Shown one piece after another: positions 5,806-6,881 of a DNA stretch of 6,881 nt; position 1 is the stretch's first letter, and the number at the start of each line of letters is the position of its first letter. Source of the stretch: Chlorokybus atmophyticus. Lineage: Eukaryota; Plantae; Mesostigma and Chlorokybus algae. The notes beneath the pieces were generated by a model, which was given only the letters and a program-made list of their open reading frames with translations, ran no database searches and was not told the DNA's origin. The DNA is taken from contig RHPI01002276.1 of NCBI GenBank assembly GCA_009103225.1, positions 1-6,881 of the forward strand, read 5' to 3'. Made by a program: the position numbers and the translations under genes.

Positions 5806-6266
5806 TGAGCAAGCAGGGGCCTTACGCACGAGGCTGCCCCATGAGGTCAGCATGAACAGAGGCGTGAATTGACAACATGCAAGACAAGGTTTGCTTGAGG
5901 TCAGCATGAGCATGCAGGGGCCTTACGCACGAGGCTGCCCCATGAGGTCAGCATGAGCATGCAGGGGCCTTACGCACGAGGCTGCCCCATGAGGTCAGCA
6001 TGAACAGAGGCGTGAATTGACAACAAGCAAGACAAGGTTTGCTTGAGGTCAGCATGAGCATGCAGGGGCCTTACGCACGAGGCTGCCCCATGAGGTCAGC
6101 ATGAGCATGTAGGGGCCTTACGCACGAGGCTGCCCCATGAGGTCAGCATGAACAGAGGCGTAAAAACGACGACATGCAAGACAAAATTTGCTGCAACATA
6201 GCCTGAGCATGCAGGGGCCTTACGCACGAGGCTGCCCCCTACGATCAGCATGAGCAAGAATGGGCC
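5806..6266. repeat. Higher-order tandem repeat array of 47-bp A units and 54/55-bp B units, order A-B-A-A-B-A-A-B'-A plus a partial unit
   Basis: A = tgagcatgcaggggccttacgcacgaggctgccccatgaggtcagca at 5806, 5907, 5954, 6055, 6102 and 6204. B = tgaacagaggcgtgaattgacaacatgcaagacaaggtttgcttgaggtcagca at 5853 and 6001, with a diverged copy at 6149..6203. Partial unit at 6251..6266. Confidence 0.96.
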
Positions 6267-6635
6267 TTGAGAGCGGTCAGCAAAACAAGCGCAAACAAAG
6301 AGGAGCGCGGCATGCACTACACTTGGCTTGCGAATTCTTCAAACCCTACCAAGCTGCCTATGAAGCTGCAAGAGATCTACACAAAGCGGTTGGAGCACCG
6401 ATGCGAAAAGGCTTGCAGTACACCACCACAGCAACCACGCCGCCTCCCGCTCACACCGCCGCCACCACCGGCCGCCGCCACCGCCGCCACAACCGCCGCC
6501 TCAGACCACGTCACGCAAGAAATGCTGCACTACTGCAGGTGCTCAACTCCAAACCCTACAACCGTGCACTATTCATTGAAGCAACCCTGTACCGCGCGTC
6601 AGGCGGCGCTGTACTGGGCAAGGGTCATTGAATGA
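6260..6635 (+). other. Possible first exon or 5' region of a divergent gene; two overlapping ORFs (6260..6631 and 6267..6635), neither recognised
   Basis: ORFs of about 122 aa containing a CCG/CCA-rich low-complexity core at about 6420..6500. No recognisable domain, and the true frame cannot be chosen from the sequence. Confidence 0.2.
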
Positions 6636-6881
6636 TGTATTGCAAATTGGGTGCAATCGATCCATCTGTAAAAATGCATGTAGAGGGTATGAATTGCACC
6701 AGGTAGTCCTATATGCAGCAATCAGGTATAGGCCGTCACTATAGAACAACCACATGGAAACAAAGACAGTAGTTGCACATGTGAAGGTTGTGTAACTTTG
6801 TGCGTGATACAAGTGCACATACAATTCCAGCACTTGCACTAGACCAGCCCCCCTAGCTGTAGTTGTTGTGGTTGTGCCTGG

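Larger units (their letters stand above)
1..6881. mobile_element. Possible interior of a large cargo-carrying DNA transposon or other integrated selfish element
   Basis: Transposase-like N-terminus, Gag-like domain, OTU protease, phage-type MTase, very tight gene packing and a repeat array. No termini or target-site duplication are visible. Confidence 0.4.

Noticed and set aside
3138-5812. Intact LTR retrotransposon gag-pol
   Set aside because: Only a Gag capsid-like lobe is present. No aspartic protease, RT (YxDD), RNase H, integrase, PBS/PPT or LTR pair is visible.
5806-6266. CRISPR array (palindromic repeats with intervening sequences)
   Set aside because: The intervening B units are copies of each other rather than unique spacers, A units are often directly adjacent, no cas genes are present, and the context is intron-containing eukaryotic DNA.
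5728-6317. Minus-strand ORFs 5728..5913 and 6096..6317
   Set aside because: They are translations of the tandem repeat array (repeated WGSLVRKAP) with no independent coding evidence.
6737-6749. CACTATAGAACAA, and CACTA at 6315, 6528 and 6567, as a CACTA terminal inverted repeat
   Set aside because: These face rightwards, so they could not enclose the genes in this window. A 5-mer is expected several times by chance in 6.9 kb, and no matching partner or TSD is visible. The 6737 copy could be rechecked with flanking sequence.
6573-6881. Minus-strand ORF 6573..6839 and a plus-strand CTCEGC motif near 6775..6792
   Set aside because: No recognisable domain is present, the frames are short and stop-bounded, and no convincing splice model could be built inside the window.

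Overview
This window is eukaryotic, intron-containing DNA, not prokaryotic. All gene models need short (about 61-84 nt) GT-AG introns, and a plant-type telo-box suggests the green lineage (inference). Three tightly packed genes can be reconstructed. (1) A minus-strand spliced gene running off the left edge whose product resembles the N-terminus of CACTA/EnSpm-type transposases (tentative). (2) A divergent plus-strand gene, join(1380..1769,1844..2012,2097..3052), which joins three separate ORF-track entries into one 504-aa protein: C2HC zinc finger/Cys-rich region, Tudor domain, and a compact phage/bacterial-type C5 cytosine DNA methyltransferase with intact catalytic motifs. (3) A convergent minus-strand gene (5728..3138) encoding an OTU-family cysteine protease, Ala/Glu/Gln/Arg repeats, a basic NLS-like patch and a Ty3/Gypsy Gag capsid-like domain. 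Gene 3 is split by a perfect 29-bp tandem duplication that shifts the frame. Upstream of it lies a 47/54-bp higher-order tandem repeat array (5806..6266). Best overall reading, which is inference: the interior of a large mobile element carrying a chromatin reader/writer/eraser cargo. No element ends, reverse transcriptase, integrase or transposase catalytic core are visible in the window.
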